DNA of 64,000 bases from an uncultured Lachnospiraceae bacterium (GCA_902766425.1 CACXDS010000224.1:130-64129); one strand, 5' to 3'. Numbered from the stretch's first letter, positions 1-9,915 are shown. Notes: generated by a model not told the origin, from the sequence alone. Program-made: numbers and translations.

Positions 1-195
1 TGAACCTAGTCCTCTGGCATCACAAAAAAGATACCACAAATATTCCAAGCCTCCGATCACAGCCCCCACCCACGGAAAAAAGCAGAGATGATAACGCATA
101 TCCTCCGATTCCCAGTTAAATCTCGGCATGGGAATCTTGGAATAAATGGAAAAAGCCACCACGAATGCCTTCCCGATTTTCTTCAAAAGCTTCAT
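1..195 (-). CDS. cobS: Adenosylcobinamide-GDP ribazoletransferase (cobalamin synthase), N-terminal part; runs off the window edge
   Basis: Own translation, not in the ORF track: MKLLKKIGKAFVVAFSIYSKIPMPRFNWESEDMRYHLCFFPWVGAVIG, a typical CobS N-terminus (YSKIP...FFPWVG). ATG abuts the cobU stop codon. Confidence 0.85.
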   Translation of the reverse strand, partial: MKLLKKIGKAFVVAFSIYSKIPMPRFNWESEDMRYHLCFFPWVGAVIGGLEYLWYLFCDARGLGS

Positions 196-753
196 TTATT
201 CCGTCCTTCCTTCTCCCTTGATAAAAACCGGGATCCCGACCACCAGCTCCACCAGCTCCGTTGCGGCCTTTGCCAAACCTGCATTGACTTCTCCAAGCGC
301 TCTGATATACTCCATGGTGCCCTCATCGTACAGGATACCATCCTCGAAAACATTATTGGTCACGATGACAAAATGACTTAATTTACGATCCAGCTCCAGC
401 AATTCCCGAAGGATCTTTTCCGCCACTTCATCGGCTTCCTTTCTCTGTGCGGGATCCGCAAACATTTCATTTGCCACCAGATTCCCCACATCCTCCAGTA
501 AAGCGCTGACAGGCTCCCCCGTCTCCATTTGCAAAAGGGCTTCGGAAATGTTTACGGGCTGTTCGATGGTGATCATGCCCTTTCCCATTCGCTGCTGACG
601 ATGGCGCCGGATCTTCTTTTTCCCCTCTTCCCCAAACGCCATCATAGTGGCAAGATAATATAGTTTTTGCTTATCCCTCTCCGCCGACTCCTGAATACGC
701 CCCTCCGCATAGGAGGACTTTCCGCAGCCACTTCCGCCGATCACTACAATCAT
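196..753 (-). CDS. cobU: Bifunctional adenosylcobinamide kinase / adenosylcobinamide-phosphate guanylyltransferase
   Basis: GGSGCGKSSYAE P-loop, YLATM, RHRQQR, LLEDVGNLVANE, VGIP. Start placed at MIVVIGG after a GAGG RBS. Confidence 0.92.
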   Translation of the reverse strand: MIVVIGGSGCGKSSYAEGRIQESAERDKQKLYYLATMMAFGEEGKKKIRRHRQQRMGKGMITIEQPVNISEALLQMETGEPVSALLEDVGNLVANEMFADPAQRKEADEVAEKILRELLELDRKLSHFVIVTNNVFEDGILYDEGTMEYIRALGEVNAGLAKAATELVELVVGIPVFIKGEGRTE

Positions 754-763
754 GTTGTCTTCC

Positions 764-1828
764 TCAGTACCTCCGATATTGGTCGATACCCGCCTTTTCA
801 AAAGAGTAGCCATTCTCATAGACAGCCCCAACCGTCCTGAGAAGCTGAAGCATCAGTACTGCCCCTGTTCCCTCTCCCAGGGCCATGCCCGCATGGAGCA
901 CCGGATGCAGCTCCAGCTCTTCCTCAATGCGCAGCACAGCCGGTTCTTTACTGCTGTGAGACGGGATCAGATACTCCCTTGTAACAGGCAGAATACGACA
1001 GGCCACCAGCGCCGCCACAAGGCTGATAAAGCCATCCAGGACAATGGGAACGCCATATTTTGCCCCACCAAGGCAAAGCCCCGCCATACAGGCAATATCC
1101 AAGCCTCCCAGTATGGTGAGCGCTTCGAAAGCCTCTTTGGAAGTTCGTGCGGGCTTATTTCCGGTATAGCCATATTTACCCAGCGCTTCCCGTATCACCC
1201 TTTGCTTCCGCAGCAATCCCTCATCATCCAGGCCTGCCCCTCGCCCGGTCACTGTCTCCGCAGAAAGGCCCAAAAGTACAGCCGTAACGGCACTGGAGGT
1301 GGATGTGTTTCCAATCCCCATCTCCCCCATTCCTAAGATGGAATAGCCCTGCTCCTTGCTCTCTCGTACAAGCTCCATGCCTGTAAGGATCGCCTGTTCG
1401 GCCTCCTTAGGCGTCATGGCCGGCTCCCTGTAAAAGTTTCTCGTCCCCTTGCGTATCTTACAGTCCCGGACATTTGGAATCATCTGATCCGTATTGATCC
1501 CCACATCCACAGTCAGGATTTCCACGCCGGCCTGATTTGCCATGATAGCCACGCTGGATCTGCCGTTTGCAATATTTTCCGCACAGATTGCAGTGATCTC
1601 CTGGCCGGACTGGCTCACTCCCTCCTCCACAATCCCGTTGTCGGCGCAGCAGACGATCACCCTGCTTTTGGTAAGCTCAGGCATTATTCTCCCCTGAACC
1701 GCACCGATCCTGGCATGCAATTCCTCGAAGCTGCCCAGACTGTCAAGGGGCTTTGCCACACTGTCCCAGCCCTTCTTGATCTCCTGATACAGCTCCCTGT
1801 CATATCCTTTCGCATTTATCTGCATCAT
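764..1828 (-). CDS. cobT: Nicotinate-nucleotide--dimethylbenzimidazole phosphoribosyltransferase
   Basis: KPLDSLG, ADNG, GEMGIGNTSTSSA, GRGAG, LDGFIS, ALGEGTGA motifs. Confidence 0.95.
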   Translation of the reverse strand: MMQINAKGYDRELYQEIKKGWDSVAKPLDSLGSFEELHARIGAVQGRIMPELTKSRVIVCCADNGIVEEGVSQSGQEITAICAENIANGRSSVAIMANQAGVEILTVDVGINTDQMIPNVRDCKIRKGTRNFYREPAMTPKEAEQAILTGMELVRESKEQGYSILGMGEMGIGNTSTSSAVTAVLLGLSAETVTGRGAGLDDEGLLRKQRVIREALGKYGYTGNKPARTSKEAFEALTILGGLDIACMAGLCLGGAKYGVPIVLDGFISLVAALVACRILPVTREYLIPSHSSKEPAVLRIEEELELHPVLHAGMALGEGTGAVLMLQLLRTVGAVYENGYSFEKAGIDQYRRY

Positions 1829-1889
1829 CCTTGCTCCGCTCTCCCCGGCAGCATACGCGGCATCCTATCGGAACCTGCTCTCAAGCCTT

Positions 1890-3380
1890 TCAGACTGCCG
1901 CCTCTCTCAACATGGCATAGACTGCATCCATATCCATATATTTTCGCATTTCCGCAGCCAGAAGATCATACTGACTCTCTTTGTATGCCTTGAAATCAGC
2001 CTCCTCCGGTTCTTTGAGGACAGCTCCCTTTCGATCTGCCAATGCCTTTGCGATCAAATAAGCGATCTCTCCCTTGTCAAAAATGCCGTGAACATAGCTT
2101 CCACAGACATCTCCGTGAATCGCTCCGTCTTCCCTATCCCCGCCCAGCTTCACAAGACTTTTTTCTTCTCCGGAAATCACAGTATCCCCCATATGGATCT
2201 CATATCCTTCCAGCCTCTGCCCGGAAAGACAGGAAAAAAAGCCCTCCAGCTTTTCAAACGCTCCGGTCACCTGCACGGTGGTCTTTTGACCCTGAAGGAC
2301 CGTCTCCACCGGAAGAAGACCCAGACCTCGAATGGTCCCCCCTTCCTCCACATGCTCCGGATCCGAGATCAACTCTCCCAGCATCTGATATCCCCCGCAG
2401 ATTCCCATCACAGGCTTATCCTGCGCAAATCGATAGATGGAAGCTTCCATCCCGCTCTCTCTGAGCCATTTCAGATCGCCGATGGTATTTTTGCTGCCGG
2501 GGAGGATCACCAGATCCGCATCCGCAAGTTCGCCGGGTCTGGTGGCATAGCTGACCTTCACTCCCGGGATTCTTTCAAAGGCTGAAAAATCCGTAAAATT
2601 CGAAATTCTGGGTAACCTGATGACAGCGATATTCACTACTCCTTTGCTATGATCCGAGAGCCTCTCGCTGAGACTGTCCTCATCATCCAGACGAATATGC
2701 AGGTAAGGAAGCACGCCCGTCACCGGAATGCCGCCGCGCTCCTCCAGCATTGTGATCCCGGGATCCAGGATTGTCTTGTCCCCCCGGAATTTATTGACAA
2801 TGAGTCCGCCGATCCTTGCTCTCTCGTCTTCCTCCAAAAGCATGATCGTCCCGAGCAGTTGGGCAAACACGCCCCCCCTGTCAATATCTCCCACCAGAAG
2901 AACCGGTGCATCCACCAGCTTTGCCAGCCCCATATTGACGATATCATTCTCCTTCAGATTGATCTCAGCAGGGCTCCCCGCCCCCTCGATCACAATGATA
3001 TCAGCCTGCTCCTCCAATCTTTGGAATGCCTTGACAATATCCGGAATGAGCCTGGTCTTATAACGAAAATACTCCTTTGCCGGCATGTTCCCCAGAACCT
3101 TTCCGTTGACGATCACCTGGGAGCCCTTATCCGTTGTGGGCTTGAGCAGAATGGGATTCATGATGGACTGCGGCTCTATCCCCGCTGCCTCTGCCTGCAT
3201 GACCTGCGCTCTCCCCATCTCCAGACCGTCCTTGGTGATAAAGGAATTCAGTGCCATGTTCTGGGATTTAAAGGGAGCCACCCGATATCCATCCTGTTTA
3301 AAAATGCGACAGAGCCCGGCCACGACCAGACTCTTTCCTGCATTCGACATAGTTCCCTGCACCATGATCACTTTAGCCAT
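1890..3380 (-). CDS. cobQ: Cobyric acid synthase
   Basis: [45 protein letters not shown] glutaminase Cys, GYEIH, YVHG. Confidence 0.96.
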   Translation of the reverse strand: MAKVIMVQGTMSNAGKSLVVAGLCRIFKQDGYRVAPFKSQNMALNSFITKDGLEMGRAQVMQAEAAGIEPQSIMNPILLKPTTDKGSQVIVNGKVLGNMPAKEYFRYKTRLIPDIVKAFQRLEEQADIIVIEGAGSPAEINLKENDIVNMGLAKLVDAPVLLVGDIDRGGVFAQLLGTIMLLEEDERARIGGLIVNKFRGDKTILDPGITMLEERGGIPVTGVLPYLHIRLDDEDSLSERLSDHSKGVVNIAVIRLPRISNFTDFSAFERIPGVKVSYATRPGELADADLVILPGSKNTIGDLKWLRESGMEASIYRFAQDKPVMGICGGYQMLGELISDPEHVEEGGTIRGLGLLPVETVLQGQKTTVQVTGAFEKLEGFFSCLSGQRLEGYEIHMGDTVISGEEKSLVKLGGDREDGAIHGDVCGSYVHGIFDKGEIAYLIAKALADRKGAVLKEPEEADFKAYKESQYDLLAAEMRKYMDMDAVYAMLREAAV

Positions 3381-3721
3381 CAGAAATTACTCCCATTCCA
3401 GCCCCAATCATTGACCGGATGATAGGTCACATAGATATTACTTCCGGGAATCCCCAGCTTTTTTCCATAAAGCTCGCAGAGCTGACCGGTCAGCTTATCA
3501 TAAGCATCCCTCGGGGCATTTCCAAAGAGACTGACAGAAATATAAGCTCCCTTCTCCAGCTTTTTGCCGCCCAGCCACAGATCATAATTATCCTCGATCC
3601 CGACCATCAGGTAGGTCTCGCTCTTATGCAATGTGGCGATCAGCTTCCCCAGATTACTCTTCAATTCCTCTTTCTGCTCCGCACTCACAGGTACGGATAT
3701 CTTAGAATCAATAAATGGCAT
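3380..3721 (-). CDS. MIF / phenylpyruvate tautomerase family protein
   Basis: 113 aa beginning M-P (catalytic Pro1 position), [30 protein letters not shown] upstream. Stop overlaps the cobQ start (TGATG). Confidence 0.85.
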   Translation of the reverse strand: MPFIDSKISVPVSAEQKEELKSNLGKLIATLHKSETYLMVGIEDNYDLWLGGKKLEKGAYISVSLFGNAPRDAYDKLTGQLCELYGKKLGIPGSNIYVTYHPVNDWGWNGSNF

Positions 3722-3777
3722 TTTTTCTTCCTCCTTCCGCTTATACAATCCTGCTGCTCTTCTATTCTCCTCCGGAA

Positions 3778-3841
3778 GCGAAGGCATCCTCCCACTCCGC
3801 CTATGCGAAGGCATCCCCCACTCCGTGGGTCCCCCTTCCGC
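3778..3841. repeat. Two copies of a short GCGAAGGCATC-CCCA hairpin repeat
   Basis: gcgaaggcatcctcccactccg (3778-3799) and gcgaaggcatcccccactccg (3805-3825). A related copy lies at 24139-24191. Confidence 0.75.
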
Positions 3842-3895
3842 CGGGCGGTACGAGTCCCTCCTTCCGCATATTATATCATATGAAACGGTATTTTC

Positions 3896-4996
3896 CTATA
3901 GTTTCCCCTGTTTTTTTGCATATTCCATCAGTTCCCTGTTGGCCTCGTTCAAGGGACCAAAGGACGAAACAGCGCAGATCACCTTCCGGCATTGATCGAT
4001 CATTTTTTTCCCCGCCGAGAGCTGCTCCTCTCCTATTGGCGAAAAAGCCTTTACGCTGATCACAGAAGCTGCGCAAGCTTTGGCAGCATCCATCTCCAGG
4101 TCGTTTTCAAAAAGAATTCCGGCAGCAAAAGGAATCTCCTCTCTCTGCAGGCGATAATAGACGGGACTGCCTTCTCCGCCTCCTCCAATGACGAAAACCT
4201 CCGGATCCGCCTTAGCAGATCTAAGATACATCGCACCGGTCAGTGGATTGAACGCCTCCTTCTCCACGCCATAGAGCTGCTGCACATACCCTCCGGCAAA
4301 AATCTCCTCGGGCGGCCCGATTCTGGCGATGGTCTCACCATTCACACAGGCCACATGATCCGAGAGCTTCATGGCAAGATCCAATTCATGCAAGGACATG
4401 ATCACTGCAATCTGTCTGCTTTTGGCAAGTCCTCTGATCTTTTCCAAAATATCCAGCTTATATCTCATGTCCAGATAGGAGGTGGGCTCATCCAGGATCA
4501 GAGCCTCCGGCTCCTGGCACAGAGCTCTGGCCAGCATAACCCGCTGTCTTTGGCCATCGCTGATCTCATAGAAGCTCCTGTCAGCCACTTCCAGGGCAGA
4601 AACCGCTTCCATGGCCTGATCCACCTTCTGCCAGTCCTCCCGGCCAAGAATTCCCATATGTCCCACATAGGGATACCGCCCGGTTCCCACCACCTCGCGG
4701 CAGCTCATGAGCTCCGGCGTGGGATGCTTTGTCATCACCATCGCCATGGTTTTCGCGATCTCGTTTCCGGACATTTCTCCCATGTCCTTAGAGCCCTTTC
4801 CCATCTGTTCTACAAACAATACCCTGCCCCCAAGGACCGCCAGCTGCTGCGTGATGGTCTTAAGGATCGTTGATTTTCCGGAGCCGTTTGGTCCGATGAG
4901 CGTCAGGATCTTTCCCGCGCCTACCTCCAGATTTACCCCGGACAGTACCACCTGTTTTCCGTATCCCACGGATAGGTTTTCCGTCTGTATTCCCAT
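3896..4996 (-). CDS. Cobalamin/iron-siderophore ABC transporter ATP-binding protein (BtuD/FepC-like) with C-terminal extension
   Basis: GPNGSGKST, ISDGQRQRV, LILDEPT, SLHE. Confidence 0.9.
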   Translation of the reverse strand: MGIQTENLSVGYGKQVVLSGVNLEVGAGKILTLIGPNGSGKSTILKTITQQLAVLGGRVLFVEQMGKGSKDMGEMSGNEIAKTMAMVMTKHPTPELMSCREVVGTGRYPYVGHMGILGREDWQKVDQAMEAVSALEVADRSFYEISDGQRQRVMLARALCQEPEALILDEPTSYLDMRYKLDILEKIRGLAKSRQIAVIMSLHELDLAMKLSDHVACVNGETIARIGPPEEIFAGGYVQQLYGVEKEAFNPLTGAMYLRSAKADPEVFVIGGGGEGSPVYYRLQREEIPFAAGILFENDLEMDAAKACAASVISVKAFSPIGEEQLSAGKKMIDQCRKVICAVSSFGPLNEANRELMEYAKKQGKL

Positions 4997-5042
4997 AAGC
5001 CTATCGAAGTATCCTTTCTTTATGCATTGCGCATGATGTCTG

Positions 5043-6068
5043 TCACCTCATTCCTTCCCGTTTCCGGATCATCATGAGGATTACCACCGGAGCCAGAAAA
5101 ACCGCAGTGACCGAGCTAATGCTGACCTCCGTGGGAGCAAAGATTGTTCTCGCGATTCCATCGCAAAACAAAGTCACGACAGCGCCGCAAAGAAGGCACC
5201 CCGGAATCAATATAATGGGCTTGGCCGTCTTAGTCATCAGCTTTACCAGATGCGGAACTGCGATACCCACAAAAGAGATTGGCCCTGCAAATGCAGTGAC
5301 ACAGGCAGATAACAGACTGGATAATAGAATCAACAAAATCCGAAGCAATCTGATGTTTACCCCCAGATTTCTGGCATAGGCCTCTCCCATTTGGTACGCA
5401 CCAATGGGTTTAGAAAGAAAAAAGGCGGCAATTGAGGTGAGCAATACCATCCATACCATCACCCTGACATTCTCCCATCTCATTCCGGAAAAGCTCCCCA
5501 TGGACCAGTTATGCAGATTGACAATGTTGGAATCATCCGCAAAGGTCACGCACAGATCCGTAATCGCAGAGCAGATATATCCTATCATGATACCGCAGAC
5601 AATGAGCAGGGACATTCTCTGCACCCGCAGAGATACCAGCAGCACAAAACCCATGGCAAGCAGGGAACCCAAAAAGGCCGCTGCCATCAGACCGAAGGAC
5701 TGCAGCCGGATTCCCCTTCCCAGAAAGAAGATCATGGTAAGCGCCACCACCAATTTAGCGCCGGAGGAAATTCCAAGCACATAGGGTCCGGCGATGGGAT
5801 TGCCAAAAAAGGTCTGCAGCAAAAAGCCCGAGACTGCCAGAGCGCCCCCCAGAAAAATTGCAGACACAATTCGCGGAAGGCGAATATTCCACAAAATCTG
5901 ATAGGAGGGCCCCTCTCTCATTGTCCCCAGAAGAATCTCCCGAATTTCCCGAAAGGACAGCGCGATGCTGCCGCTTCCGATATTCCACAGGATCAATGCG
6001 ATCAGCAAAAGGCACATAAAAAGAAAAAAAAGACTTCTCCTGACGATATCATTCTTATGCTTTTCCAT
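5043..6068 (-). CDS. FecCD/BtuC family ABC permease
   Basis: IRLPRI, NPIAGPYVLGISSGA, GEAYARNLGV, GPISFVGIAVPH. Confidence 0.93.
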   Translation of the reverse strand: MEKHKNDIVRRSLFFLFMCLLLIALILWNIGSGSIALSFREIREILLGTMREGPSYQILWNIRLPRIVSAIFLGGALAVSGFLLQTFFGNPIAGPYVLGISSGAKLVVALTMIFFLGRGIRLQSFGLMAAAFLGSLLAMGFVLLVSLRVQRMSLLIVCGIMIGYICSAITDLCVTFADDSNIVNLHNWSMGSFSGMRWENVRVMVWMVLLTSIAAFFLSKPIGAYQMGEAYARNLGVNIRLLRILLILLSSLLSACVTAFAGPISFVGIAVPHLVKLMTKTAKPIILIPGCLLCGAVVTLFCDGIARTIFAPTEVSISSVTAVFLAPVVILMMIRKREGMR

Positions 6069-6086
6069 ACGCCAACCTGTTTCCCC

Positions 6087-7259
6087 TTATTTCTCCAACT
6101 TGATCAATTGATGAAAACCATCCTCATTGTCATCCCGGAGTGCTCTGCTCAGATCCTCCACAAAATCTCCGATGGCCGTTGTCTCCTGAAAGAAATTCTT
6201 CGCTGTACAATAGACCCGGTTCTCCTTTACTGCCTTGAAGTCAGCAAACAACGGATTCATTTCCACCAGCGCATCCGGCGATTCCAGTTCACCGACGATC
6301 GTGCTGTTATAAATAATCACATCCGCCTCCTTGGCTTGGAGATAGAAGTCTTCCATCTGCATATTCATCGTAGAGAGAGCGTTCTCTTCCTCCGGTCCGG
6401 TACTGATCACATATTCCCCTCCTGCTAAGGAGATCATCTTTGCCACATAGTCTCCCGGCTTTCTCACATTAATCACGCCATTGGAATTCACATAAAAGAA
6501 CGCCACCGTCCTTCCGGTTTTCGCCTGTTGCAGAATGGGCTGAAGCTTTGCAACCTGCTCCTCAAAAAATTCCGTTGCAGCTTCCTCCCTGTCAAACAAA
6601 AGTCCGTATAGCTTGATCCATTCCATCCGCCCAAAGGGATGCTCCTCATAGCTGGAGGTTTCCACCAGCACCGGGATTCCCAGGGATTCCAGCTTTTCCT
6701 TAACCTCCGGTGTGTGATAGATCATGGTATTCTCAATCGCAAGATCGCATTTTTCCTTTGTCAGCAGCTCGTAATCCGGTTTGCTGTATTTTCCCGCATA
6801 TAACAATGCCCCCTGCTCCATAGCCTTCCCGGCTTCCTCCACGCCCAGATCCTCCTGCTTTGTCCCACTGCAGCGAATGTGATCCATGGCGTTCGCCCTG
6901 CCGATCAGGTCAAATACTGAAGAAGAAGCCAGGTAGACATGCTCCAAGGGCTTTTGCAGCGTGATCACATCCTCCGGGATTCCATCCGGAATCGCCCCTC
7001 CCTCAGGTACAAGCAAAAAACGATCGTTAGACACGATCGTGATCAAATAGTATTCTCCGCACTTCTCTGCGGTAAATTGATTGGCGTAGGAAAGCTCCAA
7101 GCCATTCTCCCACTGCATTCCTCCGAAGGACAGCTTTTCCGTCCCATTCGGAATCTCCTGCCGATACTCCGCAGGAGCCTTCTCCTGCTTCTGACCGCCG
7201 CAGGCAGCCAGAAGCAGAGCGCTCAAAAGGAGCAGTATATAACTCCGGATTTTTTTCAT
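6087..7259 (-). CDS. ABC transporter substrate-binding lipoprotein (BtuF/FepB-like)
   Basis: Lipobox LLAAC, YAGKYSKPDYE, EEHPFGRMEWIK. Adjacent to permease and ATPase. Confidence 0.88.
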   Translation of the reverse strand: MKKIRSYILLLLSALLLAACGGQKQEKAPAEYRQEIPNGTEKLSFGGMQWENGLELSYANQFTAEKCGEYYLITIVSNDRFLLVPEGGAIPDGIPEDVITLQKPLEHVYLASSSVFDLIGRANAMDHIRCSGTKQEDLGVEEAGKAMEQGALLYAGKYSKPDYELLTKEKCDLAIENTMIYHTPEVKEKLESLGIPVLVETSSYEEHPFGRMEWIKLYGLLFDREEAATEFFEEQVAKLQPILQQAKTGRTVAFFYVNSNGVINVRKPGDYVAKMISLAGGEYVISTGPEEENALSTMNMQMEDFYLQAKEADVIIYNSTIVGELESPDALVEMNPLFADFKAVKENRVYCTAKNFFQETTAIGDFVEDLSRALRDDNEDGFHQLIKLEK

Positions 7260-7281
7260 GTAGTTCTCCTATCGGATCCGA

Positions 7282-9291
7282 TTATTGAACGGACTCAACC
7301 ACCAAGGTATACTCAACCTCATGAGGCTTACTCATGGCAATGGTATCTCCGATCACCGTCAGCTCTTGGTCAAAGGCCTTTATCGGAACGGTGAACATGG
7401 AGTTTTCCCCCTCCGCCGCCTCATTTAAGTATTTTTCTCCATCCACCAGCATGTAGTCGTAGTTTTTGCTGTTCCAGATCAAAACCACATAGACCTGTCC
7501 ATCGATCACCTTGATCTTTGCGGGGGATTCTACGGTAGCCTTTCCCGATCCGCCTGTGAGAGTCACTGCAGTCTCATATTCTCCCTCCGCAAGCTTTGCC
7601 TTCTCCTTTTTGTCATCTGCGGCGGCATTGCCTGCGCTGTTCTTCTCTGTCACCTCGGAAACACTCACCTTATGATCATACCATTTTCCCTTGGTTCCCA
7701 CAAGAGCCAGGTCAAATTCGTCATTCAGATAAGGGACGGGCACATCATAACCATAAACCTCCTCCGTTGTGCCGTCCGCAAAGGTAACGGTATCGGTGGT
7801 GGGCTGCAAGAGCACCGCTCCATCCTTCTGAGCATCCTCCGCAAGACCGGGATAAAGGTTCAGAACGCTCTTACCGCTGAGACTCACATGGATCGTCAGC
7901 TTTCCGTCCTTTACCGTGAGCACTCCTTTCCCCTCGCAGGCCTCGCTCACATGGAACATTCCGCTGTCCGTGGAGAACTTCGCTTCGTATTCCACGCCTT
8001 CCTTCAGCGCTGCTGCGTCAAGGAACTGTCCGTTCGCATTTCCGGAGCTTTCCTTCCCGATATTCTGAATGGCCTCCGCCGTGTGCTGCTTATAGATCTC
8101 CTGGATCTCAGGAATGGATCCCATACCGGAAACCTGCGTGTCAACAGAATCAAATTTGCCGGAAGCCGTAAACATACTCTTCCAGGAATCCTCCTCATCT
8201 CCGGCCATATCGTTGTGGGCGTGATCTCCCGCAACCACCATCAGCGGACGAAGGATCACCTTCTTGTAGCCTGCTGCCGCCACCTTCTCGATGACCGCCT
8301 CGCATGCGGTATCCTCCGGTTCACCCTCCACAGTACCCACAAACACATTCTCATATCCCAGATTATTCATCTGCGTCTGCATCTGGCTGTAGGTGATCTT
8401 AGCATTATGAGCGGTTCCATGTCCCATGAGCACCAGTGCAGCTCCGTCCGCAGCCGCCTCGGCAGGAGTATTGTAGCCCGCTGCCTTCATTCCGGCAGCC
8501 ACTACAGCCTTGGCGGTCTCCTGTTTGTCGCTGTTAATGACTGTGGCATCCTTCCCCACTGGGCCCAGCAAGGGCTCAGCCACTTGAATGTTCTCAATGC
8601 GATCCCTGTATTTGTCCAGCTCCTCCACAAGCTCATCATACTCTGCCCCGTGCATGAGATGGGTGGGCTGTACCACAAGGCTCTTAACCCCGTTAGCCAC
8701 GGCACGATCCAGCGCCTGCTCCATATTATCGATCTTCTCTCCATCCCTGGCCTGCACATGATTGATAATGATCTGAGCGGTAAAGGCCCGTCTCACGGAC
8801 CAATCCGGATTTGCCGCCTGCAGCGCCGTCTCCACCCCGTGAATATCCTCCACGCGGCTATTGTTGAAGGAGGTACCGAAGCTGACCACCAGAAGCTCCT
8901 TCTCTCCGATATTATCCTGATTCAAGGGCTCATCCTTAGATGCATCCCCCGTGTCTCTGCCAAAATAGTCAGGGTCTGCATTCTCACCCTCCACCAGAGC
9001 CTTTTGTGCATCCGTGAGCGCATCCCAGGCTGTCTTTGCCGCAGTACACTGCTCGTCCGTCTGTTCCGTTCTCTGCTGCACATAAATGGCATCGATCAGA
9101 GCTGCCACCTCGTCCGCTCTCTCCTGATCGGACTTCTCCTTTTCTATCACCTTGGATTCCTCCTCCTGGGTTGCCATAGTCTCCGCCTCCCCGGAAAAAG
9201 ACTCCGGTGCAGTGGTGTTAGCACACCCGGCAAGCATTGCCATTGTCATAGCAAATGCAATTCCTTTAACGATCAATTCTTTCTTTTTCAT
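7282..9291 (-). CDS. cbiK: Lipoprotein sirohydrochlorin cobaltochelatase (CbiK) fused to two C-terminal beta-rich domains
   Basis: Lipobox MLAGC. CbiK motifs LLVVSFGTS, LMGHG, VGTVEG, PLMVVAGDHAHND. About 240-aa C-terminal extension. Confidence 0.85.
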   Translation of the reverse strand: MKKKELIVKGIAFAMTMAMLAGCANTTAPESFSGEAETMATQEEESKVIEKEKSDQERADEVAALIDAIYVQQRTEQTDEQCTAAKTAWDALTDAQKALVEGENADPDYFGRDTGDASKDEPLNQDNIGEKELLVVSFGTSFNNSRVEDIHGVETALQAANPDWSVRRAFTAQIIINHVQARDGEKIDNMEQALDRAVANGVKSLVVQPTHLMHGAEYDELVEELDKYRDRIENIQVAEPLLGPVGKDATVINSDKQETAKAVVAAGMKAAGYNTPAEAAADGAALVLMGHGTAHNAKITYSQMQTQMNNLGYENVFVGTVEGEPEDTACEAVIEKVAAAGYKKVILRPLMVVAGDHAHNDMAGDEEDSWKSMFTASGKFDSVDTQVSGMGSIPEIQEIYKQHTAEAIQNIGKESSGNANGQFLDAAALKEGVEYEAKFSTDSGMFHVSEACEGKGVLTVKDGKLTIHVSLSGKSVLNLYPGLAEDAQKDGAVLLQPTTDTVTFADGTTEEVYGYDVPVPYLNDEFDLALVGTKGKWYDHKVSVSEVTEKNSAGNAAADDKKEKAKLAEGEYETAVTLTGGSGKATVESPAKIKVIDGQVYVVLIWNSKNYDYMLVDGEKYLNEAAEGENSMFTVPIKAFDQELTVIGDTIAMSKPHEVEYTLVVESVQ

Positions 9292-9432
9292 TTTTCCTTC
9301 TTTCTGTCGACCCCTTTATGCAGTGATCCTACTGAATTGATGATTTATCTCAACAGGATAAGTAAAAGGTACAGAACAGAGTCAGAAAAGAAGAAACAAG
9401 AAAAGAAATAAAGAAAGGATAGAATTGCACGC

Positions 9433-9471
9433 AAAAGAAAACCCCGCTGTTCTCATACGAAAAGGCGGAGT
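9433..9471 (-). terminator. Probable expression-platform terminator of the B12 riboswitch
   Basis: ccccgc...gcggag imperfect stem followed by a T-rich run on the minus strand, between riboswitch and cbiK. Confidence 0.5.
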
Positions 9472-9569
9472 AATGTCACCAAAACAAAACCCTCCCTGAC
9501 AGTTCCGGGCTGGTTTTGCAGCGATACGACCAATTACTCGTGATCTGGAATCTCTTCCTGTACCATTAT

Positions 9570-9775
9570 AATTGGCAGGTTTCCTGGCTGAAAGCTCCTC
9601 ATGAAACAGTTACCTTCCCAACGCAAGGCGTCAGTGGCTGACTTTGCTCTTTATTCATAAGCATAAGCCCCAACTGTCCCACTCCCTAATCACAGTGACG
9701 AGATCGTGCGGGAATCACACCCGCTTCCCTTTTACCCCTTGGAGAAAAAATCTCCTCCGGCACCAATTACTATTC
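9570..9775 (-). ncRNA. Cobalamin riboswitch
   Basis: Minus strand reads GGTG...AAAAGGGAAGCGGGTGTGATTCCCGCACG...GTCACTGTGA...GCCACTG...GGGAAGG...AGCCAGGAAACCTGCC (B12 box). Lies upstream of the cob/btu operon. Confidence 0.95.
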
Positions 9776-9792
9776 CCTATGAAATTTGCTCT

Positions 9793-9821
9793 ATCTTAAC
9801 ACAAAAAAAACGGATATGCAA
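9793..9821 (-). promoter_or_regulatory. Sigma-A-like promoter for the riboswitch/cob operon
   Basis: TTGCAT-N17-TAAGAT with extended TGn, about 20 nt upstream of the riboswitch. Confidence 0.6.
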
Positions 9822-9852
9822 GACTCTGTTTTCAGTCCTTCCTTTCCTTTCA

Positions 9853-9881
9853 TTGACAGAAAAAAAGAGATGATATAAAAT
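9853..9881 (+). promoter_or_regulatory. Sigma-A-like promoter for the HD-domain gene
   Basis: TTGACA-N17-TAAAAT. Confidence 0.65.
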
Positions 9882-9915
9882 TATAATATATCTGTATTGG
9901 AAAGGGGGCCCGATT

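Noticed and set aside
7672-9411. 579-aa plus-strand ORF, and similar long antisense ORFs such as 3992-4873, 5511-6428 and 37419-38363
   Set aside because: They lie antisense to well-supported genes and have no recognisable motifs. They are typical shadow ORFs caused by codon bias.
9355-9430. Purine-rich low-complexity tract in the cbiK leader
   Set aside because: There is no regular period or structure. It is most simply a U-rich untranslated leader.
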